DNA from: an uncultured virus (IMG/VR IMGVR_UViG_3300025034_000006)
Taxonomy: Duplodnaviria > Heunggongvirae > Uroviricota > Caudoviricetes
DNA length: 64,000 bases
Strand: one strand, 5' to 3'
Virus record (IMG/VR): IMGVR_UViG_3300025034_000006
Shown here one piece after another: positions 63,728 to 64,000 of the stretch. The first letter of the stretch is position 1. Every line of letters begins with the position of its first letter. The position numbers and the translations under genes are program-made. Under the pieces are notes generated by a model. The model did no database searches and was not told the origin of the DNA. It was given only the letters and a program-made list of their open reading frames with translations.

Positions 63728-64000
63728 TCAGGTGTTCTCCTCATCATCGATCGGAATTTGGTCTTCGAAGGGACCGAACGATCCCATGTATTGCTTGGTC
63801 CACTTATCGCGATCCATGTCTCGCAACATATCGATGTATTCCTGAGGCCAGATGGAACGCGGTCTTGTGACCTCATCGTAAGCCTCGCGATATGCCTCTG
63901 GGAGAACCACAATCGGATTCTTGGTTGCGTCATTGACCGTCACGGTGAAGCCGGCCTTCATGAGCGCCCTGATCTCGTCGATTTGCCGGTTCTTTTCGGC
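63728..64000 (-). CDS. Hypothetical protein, probably truncated by the window end
   Basis: Frame is open to the window edge. Confidence 0.45.
   Translation of the reverse strand, partial: AEKNRQIDEIRALMKAGFTVTVNDATKNPIVVLPEAYREAYDEVTRPRSIWPQEYIDMLRDMDRDKWTKQYMGSFGPFEDQIPIDDEENT

Overview
A 64-kb segment of a large tailed dsDNA bacteriophage. The host is most likely an alphaproteobacterium, inferred from a two-piece permuted tmRNA, a GapR homologue and GANTC sites in promoter spacers. Left to right: tail and receptor-binding genes; a lysis cassette (amidase, Rz/Rz1 spanins); thyX; NAD-dependent ligase; RNA-repair-type small genes; a long minus-strand replication and nucleotide-metabolism arm (class Ia RNR, helicases, SSB, exonucleases, family A polymerase, methyltransferase); a ~9-kb RNA island (43.9-53.0 kb); then primase-helicase, rtcB and small genes. 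The island holds about 35 tRNAs, a tmRNA, a GOLLD-like RNA, Y-RNA-like elements and several unassigned structured RNAs. The main discovery is that the tRNAs form three operons that partition all 20 amino acids (P/M/V/I/N/A; K/G/D/E/R/F; S/Y/L/T/H/Q/C/W). Each operon begins with a short leader ORF built mostly from codons for its own amino-acid set, followed by a terminator and a competing antiterminator. This looks like ribosome-mediated attenuation that switches on phage tRNA genes when the matching host tRNAs are depleted. A Met-Lys-stop minigene upstream of rtcB may be a fourth sensor. All structures were read by eye; no searches or folding programs were run.
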